DNA of 64,000 bases from Nitrososphaeraceae archaeon. Lineage in GTDB: Archaea; Thermoproteota; Nitrososphaeria; Nitrososphaerales; Nitrososphaeraceae. The notes under the pieces were generated by a model. The model saw only the letters and a list, made by a program, of their open reading frames with translations. It was not told where the DNA came from and did not search any database. The position numbers and the translations under genes are program-made. Below are positions 1 through 9,707 of this stretch, piece after piece (the stretch's first letter is position 1; each line of letters starts with the position of its first letter). The stretch covers positions 1-64,000 of the forward strand of contig JBIOZG010000035.1 of NCBI GenBank assembly GCA_044870765.1. The letters run 5' to 3'.

Positions 1-615
1 AATCTCTCATTTTGGGGAGGAGTGATAGGAGCCATTGCATTGGGAGTGATTGGAGCAGTAAACGTTTACTCATTGAAGAAATGGGGTAAAACTGGGTCAG
101 CAATCCTTGCAACCAAGATTCTATCTAGGCTCGGAATAATGAGTCCTTTTAGTTCTGCCTTGATTACAGGGATAGTATTTGGGTTAGGATTTGATACCGC
201 TACTCAAATCTCTGCTATCACGCTATCTGCAGTGGCCTCAGCGACTCTGGGGGTCCAAGTAGCCCTAGTCCTTGCAGGATTCTTTGCAATGGGAATGATT
301 CCTATTGATACATTAGACAGCTTCATATTACGATCCACCTTTTCCAGAATATTCAACACTAGGGGCTTCAGATATATGGCTTATTCTTTAAGCGCAGCTG
401 CCCTGGCTGTCGCAGCTCTTGCTTCAATTGAAAAAATCACCAATTCTGAAATATTGCCAGACATGACGGGTCCAGTTTTGGCAATATTAATAATTTTAGC
501 GTCCTTTGGATATGTATATGCTACCAGAAAAAAACAAATAGTAAACTCCAATGGCATTAGTTCAGCTTCACAATTTACAGATAAGCATAGAAATGACCTA
601 GAGGATGAACCTTAG
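1..615 (+). CDS. High-affinity nickel/cobalt transporter (NiCoT/HoxN family), 5'-truncated by the window edge
   Basis: Multiple TM helices with the NiCoT-like signature GIVFGLGFDTATQ; the frame is open to the window start. Confidence 0.75.
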   Translation, partial: NLSFWGGVIGAIALGVIGAVNVYSLKKWGKTGSAILATKILSRLGIMSPFSSALITGIVFGLGFDTATQISAITLSAVASATLGVQVALVLAGFFAMGMIPIDTLDSFILRSTFSRIFNTRGFRYMAYSLSAAALAVAALASIEKITNSEILPDMTGPVLAILIILASFGYVYATRKKQIVNSNGISSASQFTDKHRNDLEDEP

Positions 616-711
616 GTCTCTTCTAGTATAACTCACCAAATACCCTATCAAAGTCCATTTGCCGTATACCGCTGCTTTCGACGACATCGTCAGTCATACA
701 GAGATTGTTAT

Positions 712-1113
712 TCAGTTAATTTTGTCAAGGTACTTTTCTGGATATGCATAACAGTATACCACTTCATAATCTACCAAGGAGTTACCTAGTTCATCATAAT
801 ACTTTATACATGCCTTTGTCTCTGGATCTTCAAGTTTGTAAAAGTTCCAATCCTTGTAATTTTTAATATTATTGATTTCACACTTCTCTGCATCTATTTT
901 TATGGATATTTCTTCCAATGTGTCAGATTTTTTACAATTTTTTTCAGATGGGTGATTATCTCCATGATTATCACCTGGTAGTTTGTTTTTAAAATTATAA
1001 TCTATTGCGTAAATACCAGACCCTAATGACAAGACGAGTATTGCCAGGACAGAGATGCTGGAATATGTAAGTATTTTTGAATTCAAGTCTAGTAAAGGCT
1101 TCCTGTTCATCAT
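712..1113 (-). CDS. Hypothetical membrane-anchored protein
   Basis: 133 aa ORF, single N-terminal TM helix, Cys-containing soluble part. Confidence 0.55.
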   Translation of the reverse strand: MMNRKPLLDLNSKILTYSSISVLAILVLSLGSGIYAIDYNFKNKLPGDNHGDNHPSEKNCKKSDTLEEISIKIDAEKCEINNIKNYKDWNFYKLEDPETKACIKYYDELGNSLVDYEVVYCYAYPEKYLDKIN

Positions 1114-1485
1114 TACGTCTAGGGTTATTTTAGACAGTATAAATTAATTTCCATTTACTTACATCTGTTTTATTTATTAGGACGATTTCCAGAATTGAAG
1201 AGCCGAATTCCGGATAGTTTTCGACCAAAAATATGGATAACATAAAAAAACAGGGGGGATATTGCCAGCGGTAATAAAATATGATAGGTCAAAACGATTC
1301 TTCTAACGGCAGAGCAAAAACAAATCTCACTTCTACTCATCTCAGTATATTAATTTCTTTTTAGGTCATTTTTACTTTACAAATTTAGACCTAATCTTGA
1401 ACACTCCCGATTTTCTTGAAGCCTGAACTAACATTTAATTTCAATAGTTTAATAATTTATTACCGGCAACAAATCAATTGATAAT

Positions 1486-1920
1486 GTGGCAAAACAAATC
1501 TTTGTTAACCTACCGGTGAAAGATCTTGGAAAAACAATAGAATTTTTTAAAAAGCTAGGTTTTGAATTTAACCCACAGTTTACGGATGAGAAAGCTACCT
1601 GCATGGTTGTCAATGAGAACATTTTCGTAATGCTCCTTGTTGAAAAATTCTTTAAAACTTTTACACAAAAAGAAATTTGTGATACTACGAAAAATACTGA
1701 AGTGATAATAGCGCTGTCAACTGAAAATAGAGAAAATGTTGATCAGATGTTAGAGAATGTAATTAAGGCCGGTGGAAAAGAATCTAGGAAACCACAAGAC
1801 CATGGATGGATGTACGGACGTAGCTTTGAGGATCTTGATGGTCATATTTGGGAGATAATATACATGGATGAAAAGGCATTAAAAGAAAACTACGGTCAGG
1901 AACAAGGCAAGTCCAGCTAG
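1486..1920 (+). CDS. VOC/glyoxalase-bleomycin resistance family protein
   Basis: IFVNLPVKDL...FFKKLGF and DHGWMYGRSFEDLDGHIWE motifs. Confidence 0.9.
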   Translation: MAKQIFVNLPVKDLGKTIEFFKKLGFEFNPQFTDEKATCMVVNENIFVMLLVEKFFKTFTQKEICDTTKNTEVIIALSTENRENVDQMLENVIKAGGKESRKPQDHGWMYGRSFEDLDGHIWEIIYMDEKALKENYGQEQGKSS

Positions 1921-2075
1921 CAATCTGTTAAAAAACGAGGATATCGAAATCTAAATATCATATGTTACCATCCTATAGTAGGAACAATATTTAATGAAGC
2001 TATGAGAGTCTGTATATACCAAATCTAGACACATATTGATAAATATTATTGAGATAACTATATTGACGTTAACCA

Positions 2076-2653
2076 TTGGGTCTCAAGACGGAGCTTCTAA
2101 ATTGTGTAAAGGCATTTTACGAATCTGGATTAAACACAGCAATATCTGGTAACCATAGCGTTAGAGCAGAAAGAATGTGGATGTGGATTACCCCAAGTGA
2201 GATACCACGATATAAAATTAAAACAGCAGATCTAGTTAAAGTCAACCTAAAAACAGACGAGATAATTGGTAAATACAAACCAAGCAGGGAATGGGGTATG
2301 CACAAAAGGATTTACGAACATAAAGAGATAAACGCGATCGTTCACTGTCATAGTCCGTACACACTCGGAATCTCAATATCATCCAAGTTTGATGAAGTAT
2401 TGGAAGAGGCAAAAATAGTGGTAGGCGATCCTGTTATTATAGAAAATGTTCCATCAGGTTCTGTTGAATTGGCAACGAAGGTGTCAAGATGCTTTGAAAA
2501 TTCTAGCGTAAGGGCAGTAATAATAAAAAATCATGGCGTGGTTGCAGTTGGCAAAATCTTGATCAGGCGAGATCCGTTGTTGAATCACTTGAAGAATGGT
2601 CAAAGGTACTGACGGTATGTAGAATATTCAACAAAAAAATGGATGATAACTAG
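2076..2653 (+). pseudogene. Class II aldolase/adducin family protein, frameshifted near the C-terminus (or sequencing error)
   Basis: SGNHS, PSREWGMH, VHCHSPY and NHGVVAVG motifs; the natural C-terminus LDQARSVVESLEEWSKVL...DDN* continues in another frame after the A-run at 2553-2556. Confidence 0.75.
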
Positions 2654-2764
2654 CAAGTAAGCTGTAGAGACAAACATGAATCTGAAACTAAAGCAATTCT
2701 TTTTGTTAAGAAGGAAATCTAATCAAGCTGTGATTGGAAATTGATACTGTATTGACATATTAGG

Positions 2765-3253
2765 TTACGGGAATGGCAACTCAAATTTTTTATCATCCTT
2801 GGAATCTGAGTTTTTGTCCCCTTTTGAAGATTTGTCATCGTCAGATCCATGATTGTCATCATCATCATCATTATCATTGCTACTGCTAGTTGACGCATCC
2901 TTATTATCGTCATTGCTACTGCTAGTTGACGCATCCTTATTATCGTCATTGCTACTGCTAGTTGACGCATCCTTATTATCGTCATTGCTACTGCTAGTTG
3001 ACGATCCACCATCTGCATCGGTAGTTTGATCATTATTATCAACAGTGCTCGCATCGTTAGGTGACTCTTTTAACGTAAACGGATCTAAATTTTCAGATTC
3101 AACAGGAGAATTTGCATTGGTTGATTTGTTATCTAAGGAGACGGTATTTAGGGCGGATTGAGCATTGACATAAGAAATACTATGTATGCTGATGAATAGC
3201 AATAAAGTACTCAGACCAATAAGCAAGGTAATCGTACTTCTCATCAAATCCAC
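2765..3253 (-). CDS. Secreted low-complexity Ser/Asp-rich protein with tandem repeats
   Basis: Signal peptide ending VNA-Q, ASTSSSNDDNKD repeats, C-terminal FELPFP. Confidence 0.7.
   Translation of the reverse strand: MDLMRSTITLLIGLSTLLLFISIHSISYVNAQSALNTVSLDNKSTNANSPVESENLDPFTLKESPNDASTVDNNDQTTDADGGSSTSSSNDDNKDASTSSSNDDNKDASTSSSNDDNKDASTSSSNDNDDDDDNHGSDDDKSSKGDKNSDSKDDKKFELPFP
2874..3003. repeat. 36-bp perfect tandem repeat, about 3.6 copies (coding VNTR)
   Basis: Unit tcattgctactgctagttgacgcatccttattatcg starts at 2874, 2910, 2946, with a partial copy at 2982. Confidence 0.95.
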
Positions 3254-3733
3254 CTGAATACCCTTAATCTTCGCACTATATTAAATTAATGAATTTCAAT
3301 ATCATCGACTATAATATTAGTCTATTATTTTTCTACCGAAAAATGTACTAGATAACAAATCGTACCCCTCTTCCCTAATAGTTCATGTTTATTGATACCA
3401 TCATTAGTAAATAGTGTAAGATCTAATCATAAATTGAGTCTTTATGCGCATTATTATTGCTTATTTGCCTGCATGAAAACCATCAAGTCGAAGCAGAATG
3501 CAATTAAGCTGGAGAACGTATGATCTTTAACCAAAATATTGATTTATTGCAGACTAGAAAGATAATTTTTACACTTAAGCCTGATATTAATCATAATGAC
3601 ACGTTACTATGAAAAGTAAATGTAATACAGTTTATTTGAAGAAGGAAGGTCACAAAAAATAATAATTTATGGTTTAGCCCTTAATTGATACATTAGGTTC
3701 AGCCCGATGTATTTAATTCCTTGATTACCAGAC

Positions 3734-3796
3734 TCATATAATCTCGGATTGGTACATTTTGAAATACCACGAAAATTGTTCATATTCATCCAACAT
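3734..3796 (-). CDS. Putative 20-aa microprotein MLDEYEQFSWYFKMYQSEII
   Basis: AAGGAGAGG Shine-Dalgarno-like sequence just before ATG and TATA-like TTTTAAG about 40 nt upstream, in an otherwise empty 800-bp intergenic region. Confidence 0.45.
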   Translation of the reverse strand: MLDEYEQFSWYFKMYQSEII

Positions 3797-4075
3797 TTAC
3801 CTCTCCTTAACTAACTCTTAGCACGTCTTGAAACGCTTAAAATATCTGAAAATGACTGTGATCTGTTAAGTATTTCTTAAGATTTGCAAAATAAACTTGA
3901 TTGATCTTGGAGATGTGTTAATGAGCTGAATATTTCTTGGAAAATAGATTATTATAGTTCTTCTTTGGATCATAATTGTGAGCATCACTAATCTGAATAC
4001 CTTTATTTTGTACGAATCTAAAATCCAAGGTTTTAACATTATCGATCATCAAACAACAGTAGGTATATTTTAATA

Positions 4076-4327
4076 ATGAACATAGCTGACTCTGAGGCTC
4101 CCTATGAAATAACTGCTAAAACTTGCGAGTCCAAAGGGAATGGGAGAAAAGTCATATACTCATTTGTAGAGTCATTTCACAACCTGTCCAAAGATAAGAA
4201 GGATATAATAATTTCAGAAATACAAGCTTGCGAGAGATTAGGAAAATATGCAAGAGATGAAATCGATAGGGAAGTAATTGAGGCAGAAATATCGGATCTA
4301 AAGATGGCATTGGATCTATTGACATAG
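4076..4327 (+). CDS. Hypothetical helical protein
   Basis: 83 aa ORF with protein-like composition and an upstream AT-rich TATA-like box. Confidence 0.65.
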   Translation: MNIADSEAPYEITAKTCESKGNGRKVIYSFVESFHNLSKDKKDIIISEIQACERLGKYARDEIDREVIEAEISDLKMALDLLT

Positions 4328-4518
4328 ATAAATACAAATTTTAATCTCGCTTGGTTACATAACTTCAATATCCCTACGTGATTTGAACGAGATACTTTAA
4401 TGCAAAAATTAATACAACTTGAATTTCTTTTGATACTCCTAGTACAGAACTTTACCAAAGAACATATTGATTGTTGATAAATGATAAAACTTTCAAGTTA
4501 GCTGAATCGAAAGATATA

Positions 4519-5070
4519 CTAACGCGTATTTCTCTTCTTCTTAATCACCCTATAAAATAAGTCGGCCATTACAGGTAGCTCTAGGTAATCAATTAGTATG
4601 GCAATCCAAGATAATATATAAGGAAATTCTACTAAACTGGATTTGAAAAAACTAGTGTATACAACTTCATCGGTGATCCAGAAAATATGAATAACTTGTA
4701 CCCCAAGCAGTCCTATGAATAGATAACTTCTGTTGGCAGAAGATTTGTCCCTACGTATGTTATATGAATAAAATACTAAACCCGATATTAGTGCAGGAAT
4801 TTCAATATAGTCAATTACTACAAAAATTGGTAACAGATTATTAGGCGCAATGAAGAAGCTTTCTCCAAATATCTTTTGTAGAACAACGTCAGTCGTAAGC
4901 CAGTATAAATGAAGTATCTGCAAAGAAATTAAGAAAAATGTAATTTTTAAATTTAGATTCTCATACCGATGATAGAAATTGACGAATTTCTCTACCAAAT
5001 CGACGTTAGCTTTATGACCTGACCTCACTATGAAACTGTTAGCGAAAAAATATAAGTAGATATCATGCAA
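4519..5070 (-). CDS. Hypothetical membrane protein with internal duplication
   Basis: Repeated motifs LQILHLYWLTTDVV / VQVIHIFWITDEVV and IDYIEIP / IDYLELP; the true start may be downstream. Confidence 0.75.
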   Translation of the reverse strand: MHDIYLYFFANSFIVRSGHKANVDLVEKFVNFYHRYENLNLKITFFLISLQILHLYWLTTDVVLQKIFGESFFIAPNNLLPIFVVIDYIEIPALISGLVFYSYNIRRDKSSANRSYLFIGLLGVQVIHIFWITDEVVYTSFFKSSLVEFPYILSWIAILIDYLELPVMADLFYRVIKKKRNTR

Positions 5071-5202
5071 AAATATGAAACAAAGATAAATTGATCTTAT
5101 ATTTAGATCATTTTATTAATTTCTTATAAAAATCCGCATTAAAAATACTAAAACATACATCATCATGTCTACTGTCATTCATTAGAAAAATCTTATATAA
5201 GA

Positions 5203-5439
5203 TTGATACTATTATTATTCATGATATTCAGAAACGGCATAAAATCATTAGCTTTACCTGATGTTCTGAAGGATTTAATCATTGAGCATTCCCTTGACAA
5301 AAAACAGATTATTAATATGAAGGTTGATGATCTAGCCTTTACTTTAGAGTGTGATTTTGAAACCGCGAAAATAATTCAAAATTCTGTAAGAAATTCATCA
5401 AACAAACCAATGTTGCATGAAATGACCGAATTGGCATAA
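5203..5439 (+). CDS. Small hypothetical protein (helix-hairpin-helix-like)
   Basis: 78 aa ORF; DDLAFTLECDFETAKII resembles an HhH motif. Confidence 0.5.
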   Translation: MILLLFMIFRNGIKSLALPDVLKDLIIEHSLDKKQIINMKVDDLAFTLECDFETAKIIQNSVRNSSNKPMLHEMTELA

Positions 5440-5514
5440 TAGCCAATATCTTTGACGGGCGTCTACAAATGTAGGTCCAAACTCAGTTATTACTATTAAA
5501 CTATTATTTTATTT

Positions 5515-5814
5515 TTAATAGAATGACGGATCATCATTATTGAGCTTATCCGGATGCTTTCTTATTTTCTTGAGAAATTCCTCTTGGCGAGCACGCAGAT
5601 CGTCTAATAGTTCTGTTCCCATATGTGAATTGTTTGGGAGATCTTGAAGATCGTCAGTCACACTCCCTGGAGTTAGCTTACTTTTATCTTTTCGAAACAA
5701 CGTAGGAGGATTAATACCGAAAGGGTATGCTACTGAGGGCAGATTATTGACTGGCATATTCAGTTTATTTAATCGTAAAAACCTGTCAATCAGGTTTCGT
5801 GGATCATATGACAT
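5515..5814 (-). CDS. Hypothetical protein
   Basis: 99 aa ORF, ATG start with an upstream TATA-like box. Confidence 0.6.
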   Translation of the reverse strand: MSYDPRNLIDRFLRLNKLNMPVNNLPSVAYPFGINPPTLFRKDKSKLTPGSVTDDLQDLPNNSHMGTELLDDLRARQEEFLKKIRKHPDKLNNDDPSFY

Positions 5815-6272
5815 GATTATTCTGTATCCTGTTGACTATAATAGTTTAACTTGCGATTATTCTTCTACCGAAATCAGTTAGTTCCTATTTCAAATTTATT
5901 CGCTTTGACTCTGGTGTGATTCTAAGCCTAGTACGGGCAGTGAATTAACATTTCAACAAATTAACAAAGTTCCGAAAATTACATAAGTCTCGACTTTGTA
6001 TATTATAGTACGAAAAGAAATATGTCAACGTGTATTTGTGGCCACGACATAAAGTGGCATTGGATGGACATGCATCAGCAAAGAAGATGTGTAAATCATA
6101 TCTCAAAATCCGATGCTTGTCCATGTTTGAAGTATGTGGACGAAGAAGAAATAAGGTCGGTTGTGCGATAGCATACCACTTTCTCCCATACTTAACAAAA
6201 TCAAAACTTCGAATTTATTGCCCTGCACTTTTCATATCCAAGTTTGTAATCATGAGTATCAAGTTCTTCCGT

Positions 6273-6809
6273 TCATTGTCTTGTTCCTTTCCATTCTTCT
6301 AGGAAATTTTCATATTGTGAACCTGTAGCTTTAACTACTCCAAGTTGATACATTAATGCAAGATCATCGCGAATAGCCTTATGTTCGGATATTTTTCCAT
6401 CATCACCAATTGTGAACATATGTACTGCTTGATAGGATATTTTGTTTCCTGAAGGTGGAATGAAACCAAAGAAGCTTCCTGTATGTTTACCTACAACAGA
6501 TACGATTGCAATTACTTTTTTGTTTAAGGACACACTATATACCAATTCATAATGTAAATCCGAAAAGGCTTTATGGAGGTTGGCGACTGTATCTGAAAAT
6601 TCTTCGGGGCCTCTCATTTTTGATCTAACAGGGTCCATCCGTGACTCATGATTATAGTATGTAGGACCAATAAAATCAGAAACATTAGTTGTATCACCTG
6701 AATTAATGACGTCTATGACGTTTTTTACTAGTTGGATATTATCATTGTATGTATTTGACATAAGCATTAATCTGCTTCTTTCTATATATGACTTCCTTGA
6801 TATAAACAC
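6273..6809 (-). CDS. SnoaL-like ester cyclase (NTF2-like fold)
   Basis: AFSDL...GKHTGSFFGFIPPSGNKI...DGKISEH...DDLALMYQLG pattern; likely start near 6765. Confidence 0.9.
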   Translation of the reverse strand: MFISRKSYIERSRLMLMSNTYNDNIQLVKNVIDVINSGDTTNVSDFIGPTYYNHESRMDPVRSKMRGPEEFSDTVANLHKAFSDLHYELVYSVSLNKKVIAIVSVVGKHTGSFFGFIPPSGNKISYQAVHMFTIGDDGKISEHKAIRDDLALMYQLGVVKATGSQYENFLEEWKGTRQ

Positions 6810-6823
6810 CAGAGGATCACCTA

Positions 6824-6844
6824 GTGTTACTATAATAGTATCAC
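6824..6844. promoter_or_regulatory. Imperfect palindrome GTGTTACTATAATAGTATCAC, candidate operator
   Basis: 21-bp near-perfect inverted repeat between the wHTH gene and the SnoaL gene. Confidence 0.5.
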
Positions 6845-6982
6845 CTACAATTAGTAGTAATGTGGCAGCAATAAAGTATCCCTAAAGGACTAAAATCAAA
6901 ATCTTTTTGCCTGTATTCTTAGAAGGAACAACTTGATATTATCACATAATCGGTTAAGCGTTTTTTTGGTTCAAGAATAGCT

Positions 6983-7234
6983 TTAAATCTTTATCATTTG
7001 ACTTATTTCGTGATGTAGTTGTATGAACATAAATCCGCTTGGAGTAGTTTTGAATGTTCTATTGATAGCGTCATACTCAAGCAATCCCCGTTGTATCAAC
7101 ATTTTTGTATATTCTACAACTTGTGCGTATGTAAGATATGAACCAAACATTATCTTACTGCGAGTTACCGTTGCCCCAGAACCAGCAGTACTAAGAATTG
7201 ATGCAAAAATCTCTTCTCTACTACGATATGCCAC
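6983..7234 (-). CDS. Winged helix-turn-helix transcriptional regulator (ArnR1-like/HTH_45)
   Basis: YRSREEIFASIL...TRSKIMFGSYLTY...LIQRGLLEYD...FKTTPSG. Confidence 0.85.
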   Translation of the reverse strand: MAYRSREEIFASILSTAGSGATVTRSKIMFGSYLTYAQVVEYTKMLIQRGLLEYDAINRTFKTTPSGFMFIQLHHEISQMIKI

Positions 7235-7490
7235 ACAATTAGTAGGACTTTATTGTTAATAGAGATTTACGTCTCAATCAAATTTTTGTCAGTTAATCTA
7301 ATTAACGTTGTTGTAGCTTGATGGATGTGAATTGGTTTAGTCTATTTCTGATGGGTAAGATTACTTCAGAATTTAATTTTATGTATGAACAAAGATCGTT
7401 ATGTAATTTGTCCCTAATAAAACACTCCCGTATTCTTGTAAATTTACTCATACCTGACAAAACAAGATTAGTACGACTCATATCGAACTT

Positions 7491-8216
7491 TCAAGTTTTG
7501 ACTTCTTTATACAAATCAATTCTGCCATACTTAAAAGCCTCTTTTAAGATAGTGAATTCGACTTGTTCTGCCATCTTGGACAATTTTCCTACGTCCTCAC
7601 GATAATCTTCAAAAGAAGTGTGTTGTTTAGTCCCAAGGAATATTTCCTTAATTTGATAACCTGCCATGGCAGCCTCAATTAAAAACCACACATCTATACC
7701 CCACCCATCGGGGGGATCTTGACCCAATAGTCTTTTCCATACCTCAATCCTTGCACATACTTCACCGCTTAATGGTTGTTCAAAATGATATAACTCAGGA
7801 AAAAAGACTCCGATCATTGGTTTAGCTATAAGCTTTGTTACCGGAGCGTCTCGACCGTGTCTTTGATAATACCCTCTTACCATATCACAATTCGTACACC
7901 CATCCACCAATTTATCTATCCATTCTGGAGTTAGATTTTTAATATCCGCGTCAAGAAACAAAACAATATTTGCATTAGCAGTAATAGCTTCGTTAATGCC
8001 TTTTTTCATCGCAATTCCTTTTGCAGGAAACATTCTGTTTCCCTGTTCAATTACCTCTGCGCCATTACCTCGGGCTATTCTGACTGTCTCATCAGATGAA
8101 TACGCATCTACTACTATGATTTCTGGACTATGACGACTATTTTTTGTAGTTTTTATGACGTGTTCAATCGTATCTTCTTCATTTTTTGTTGGAAATATGA
8201 CTACTAATTTTTTCAT
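7491..8216 (-). CDS. GT2 glycosyltransferase, glucosyl-3-phosphoglycerate/mannosylglycerate synthase-like
   Basis: PTKNEE, VVDAYSSD, KGIAM, FLDADI, FEQPLSGE and WGIDVWFLI motifs. Confidence 0.8.
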   Translation of the reverse strand: MKKLVVIFPTKNEEDTIEHVIKTTKNSRHSPEIIVVDAYSSDETVRIARGNGAEVIEQGNRMFPAKGIAMKKGINEAITANANIVLFLDADIKNLTPEWIDKLVDGCTNCDMVRGYYQRHGRDAPVTKLIAKPMIGVFFPELYHFEQPLSGEVCARIEVWKRLLGQDPPDGWGIDVWFLIEAAMAGYQIKEIFLGTKQHTSFEDYREDVGKLSKMAEQVEFTILKEAFKYGRIDLYKEVKT

Positions 8217-8703
8217 GGACTGTTGCTCTCCATATGACGAATGTACGATACAAACTTTAAGATTATTACTAATTATTCTGATAAATCTAGAATGCCAGAT
8301 TCAGTAGAGTATTTAATTATTCTAGGATAAATGAAGCTTAACGTTTGTCAATCCTAAATAAAGCAACAGAATTCAACCCACCTTCTTTTAATATCCGTAT
8401 GACAATTGCCTTGTCGGGGAAATTTCGAACCGTGTGGATATTAGGAATTACTATATCCAGCTTGATATCATCAATTCTGACTTTCCTAACAGTAGGCTCT
8501 CCTTTTTGTTCTCACTAGATAATTGTCCAATAAATCCGCCACTATTATATCATGAGAAAGGTATTCCTGACTTACAAATCGATGTTAACAGCCTTTATTG
8601 AAATGAGATTATTGCCTCTAATTACGAAACAAACAAATTTATTCGAAAGTGAATTTTATTTCTTCGATTAGAAAATAAAGTAATTCAATTATACACATCT
8701 GAT

Positions 8704-9180
8704 ATGTCATTTCGAAATATTGTGTATATAAGAGAATTTGATAAATTCGATGATAATGGAGATATAATATGCAGAAATACTGGATGTGAAAATCTAATTA
8801 AATCTCCATTCAGAAAGTATTGTTCAAAAGAATGTAGCAAACAATTCGAAAAATGGTATTACCATAATTTTTACTGGAATAGAGTGCGTTCTGATATCTT
8901 TAAACGAGATAACTATACCTGTCAGATTTGTAGAAAAAAATATCCCTACACATACAGAAGAAAGTTCGCAAGGTCAAGGGGTTTGGAATGCGATCATATT
9001 ATTCCAAGATCCCTATTTAAAAAATTAGGATACCGATTCGATTCACTTGAAAATAAGGTTAAGATGACTACCGAATTCCTGCATAATCCTGATAATTTGC
9101 GAACTCTTTGTAAAGAGTGTCATAAGAAGGTAACAAAAGAATATTTACGCGGTAATGAAATGCATACGAGGAGCATGTAA
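8704..9180 (+). CDS. HNH endonuclease with N-terminal Cys-rich Zn motif
   Basis: RDNYTCQIC...LECDHIIP...NLRTLCKECH; N-terminal CRNTGC...YCSKEC. Confidence 0.9.
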   Translation: MSFRNIVYIREFDKFDDNGDIICRNTGCENLIKSPFRKYCSKECSKQFEKWYYHNFYWNRVRSDIFKRDNYTCQICRKKYPYTYRRKFARSRGLECDHIIPRSLFKKLGYRFDSLENKVKMTTEFLHNPDNLRTLCKECHKKVTKEYLRGNEMHTRSM

Positions 9181-9398
9181 GCACACAGCCTGATTTTCTC
9201 AAAAAAAGTTTTGTCTTCTTTAGTCTTTTTCTTCTCAATTACGTTACCAAATTCGTGTCACTTTTCTTAATTGGTTTCCTTCATTTACCGGCCGTGTTCT
9301 CCTAAATTGCACAATATAATTTATATTCCTTAGTAACCTTACCCCGTCCGGCTGCTGATAGGTCACAAATATTTATACTTTTATGCCGTTAGCATAGT

Positions 9399-9560
9399 AT
9401 GGTCTTAAGCACACTCGTTTACATAGCGCTGGTAATAATTGTCATCATCGTAATTGTCGTCCTCCTCAGGTTCCTATTTAACGCACTATTCGTCATGCCA
9501 GTAACATTAGAGCATGAATATATCATGAGATATGCCACTTCGCTTCATCTGCCTACCTAG
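9399..9560 (+). CDS. 53-aa single-pass membrane microprotein (absent from the ORF track)
   Basis: MVLSTLVYIALVIIVIIVIVVLLRFLFNALFVMP...; TATA box TTTATA about 27 nt upstream (leaderless geometry). Confidence 0.65.
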   Translation: MVLSTLVYIALVIIVIIVIVVLLRFLFNALFVMPVTLEHEYIMRYATSLHLPT

Positions 9561-9707
9561 CGATCCCCAGCTTCCTCTGAAATTGTAACGATAACTTGAC
9601 GCTAATTTTTAATTTTGTGGCTTTTTATTCGATTACACTTTATTAATTGCCCATGAACTCTTTGAGCCCTTGAGGGTATTTATAAGATACTTACGTTTTG
9701 CACTAAT

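Noticed and set aside
1173-1341. 56-codon minus-strand ORF MSRSEICFCSAVRR...
   Set aside because: No recognisable motif or clear promoter; plausible by chance
2874-3003. 36-bp repeats as a possible CRISPR array
   Set aside because: Units are head-to-tail with no spacers, in frame within a CDS, and there are no cas genes
2719-3054. Alternative-frame ORF with QLAVAMTIIRMR repeats
   Set aside because: Shadow of the 36-bp tandem repeat inside the secreted protein gene
6030-6302. 90-aa plus-strand ORF
   Set aside because: GTG start, no motifs, overlaps the SnoaL gene end; likely spurious
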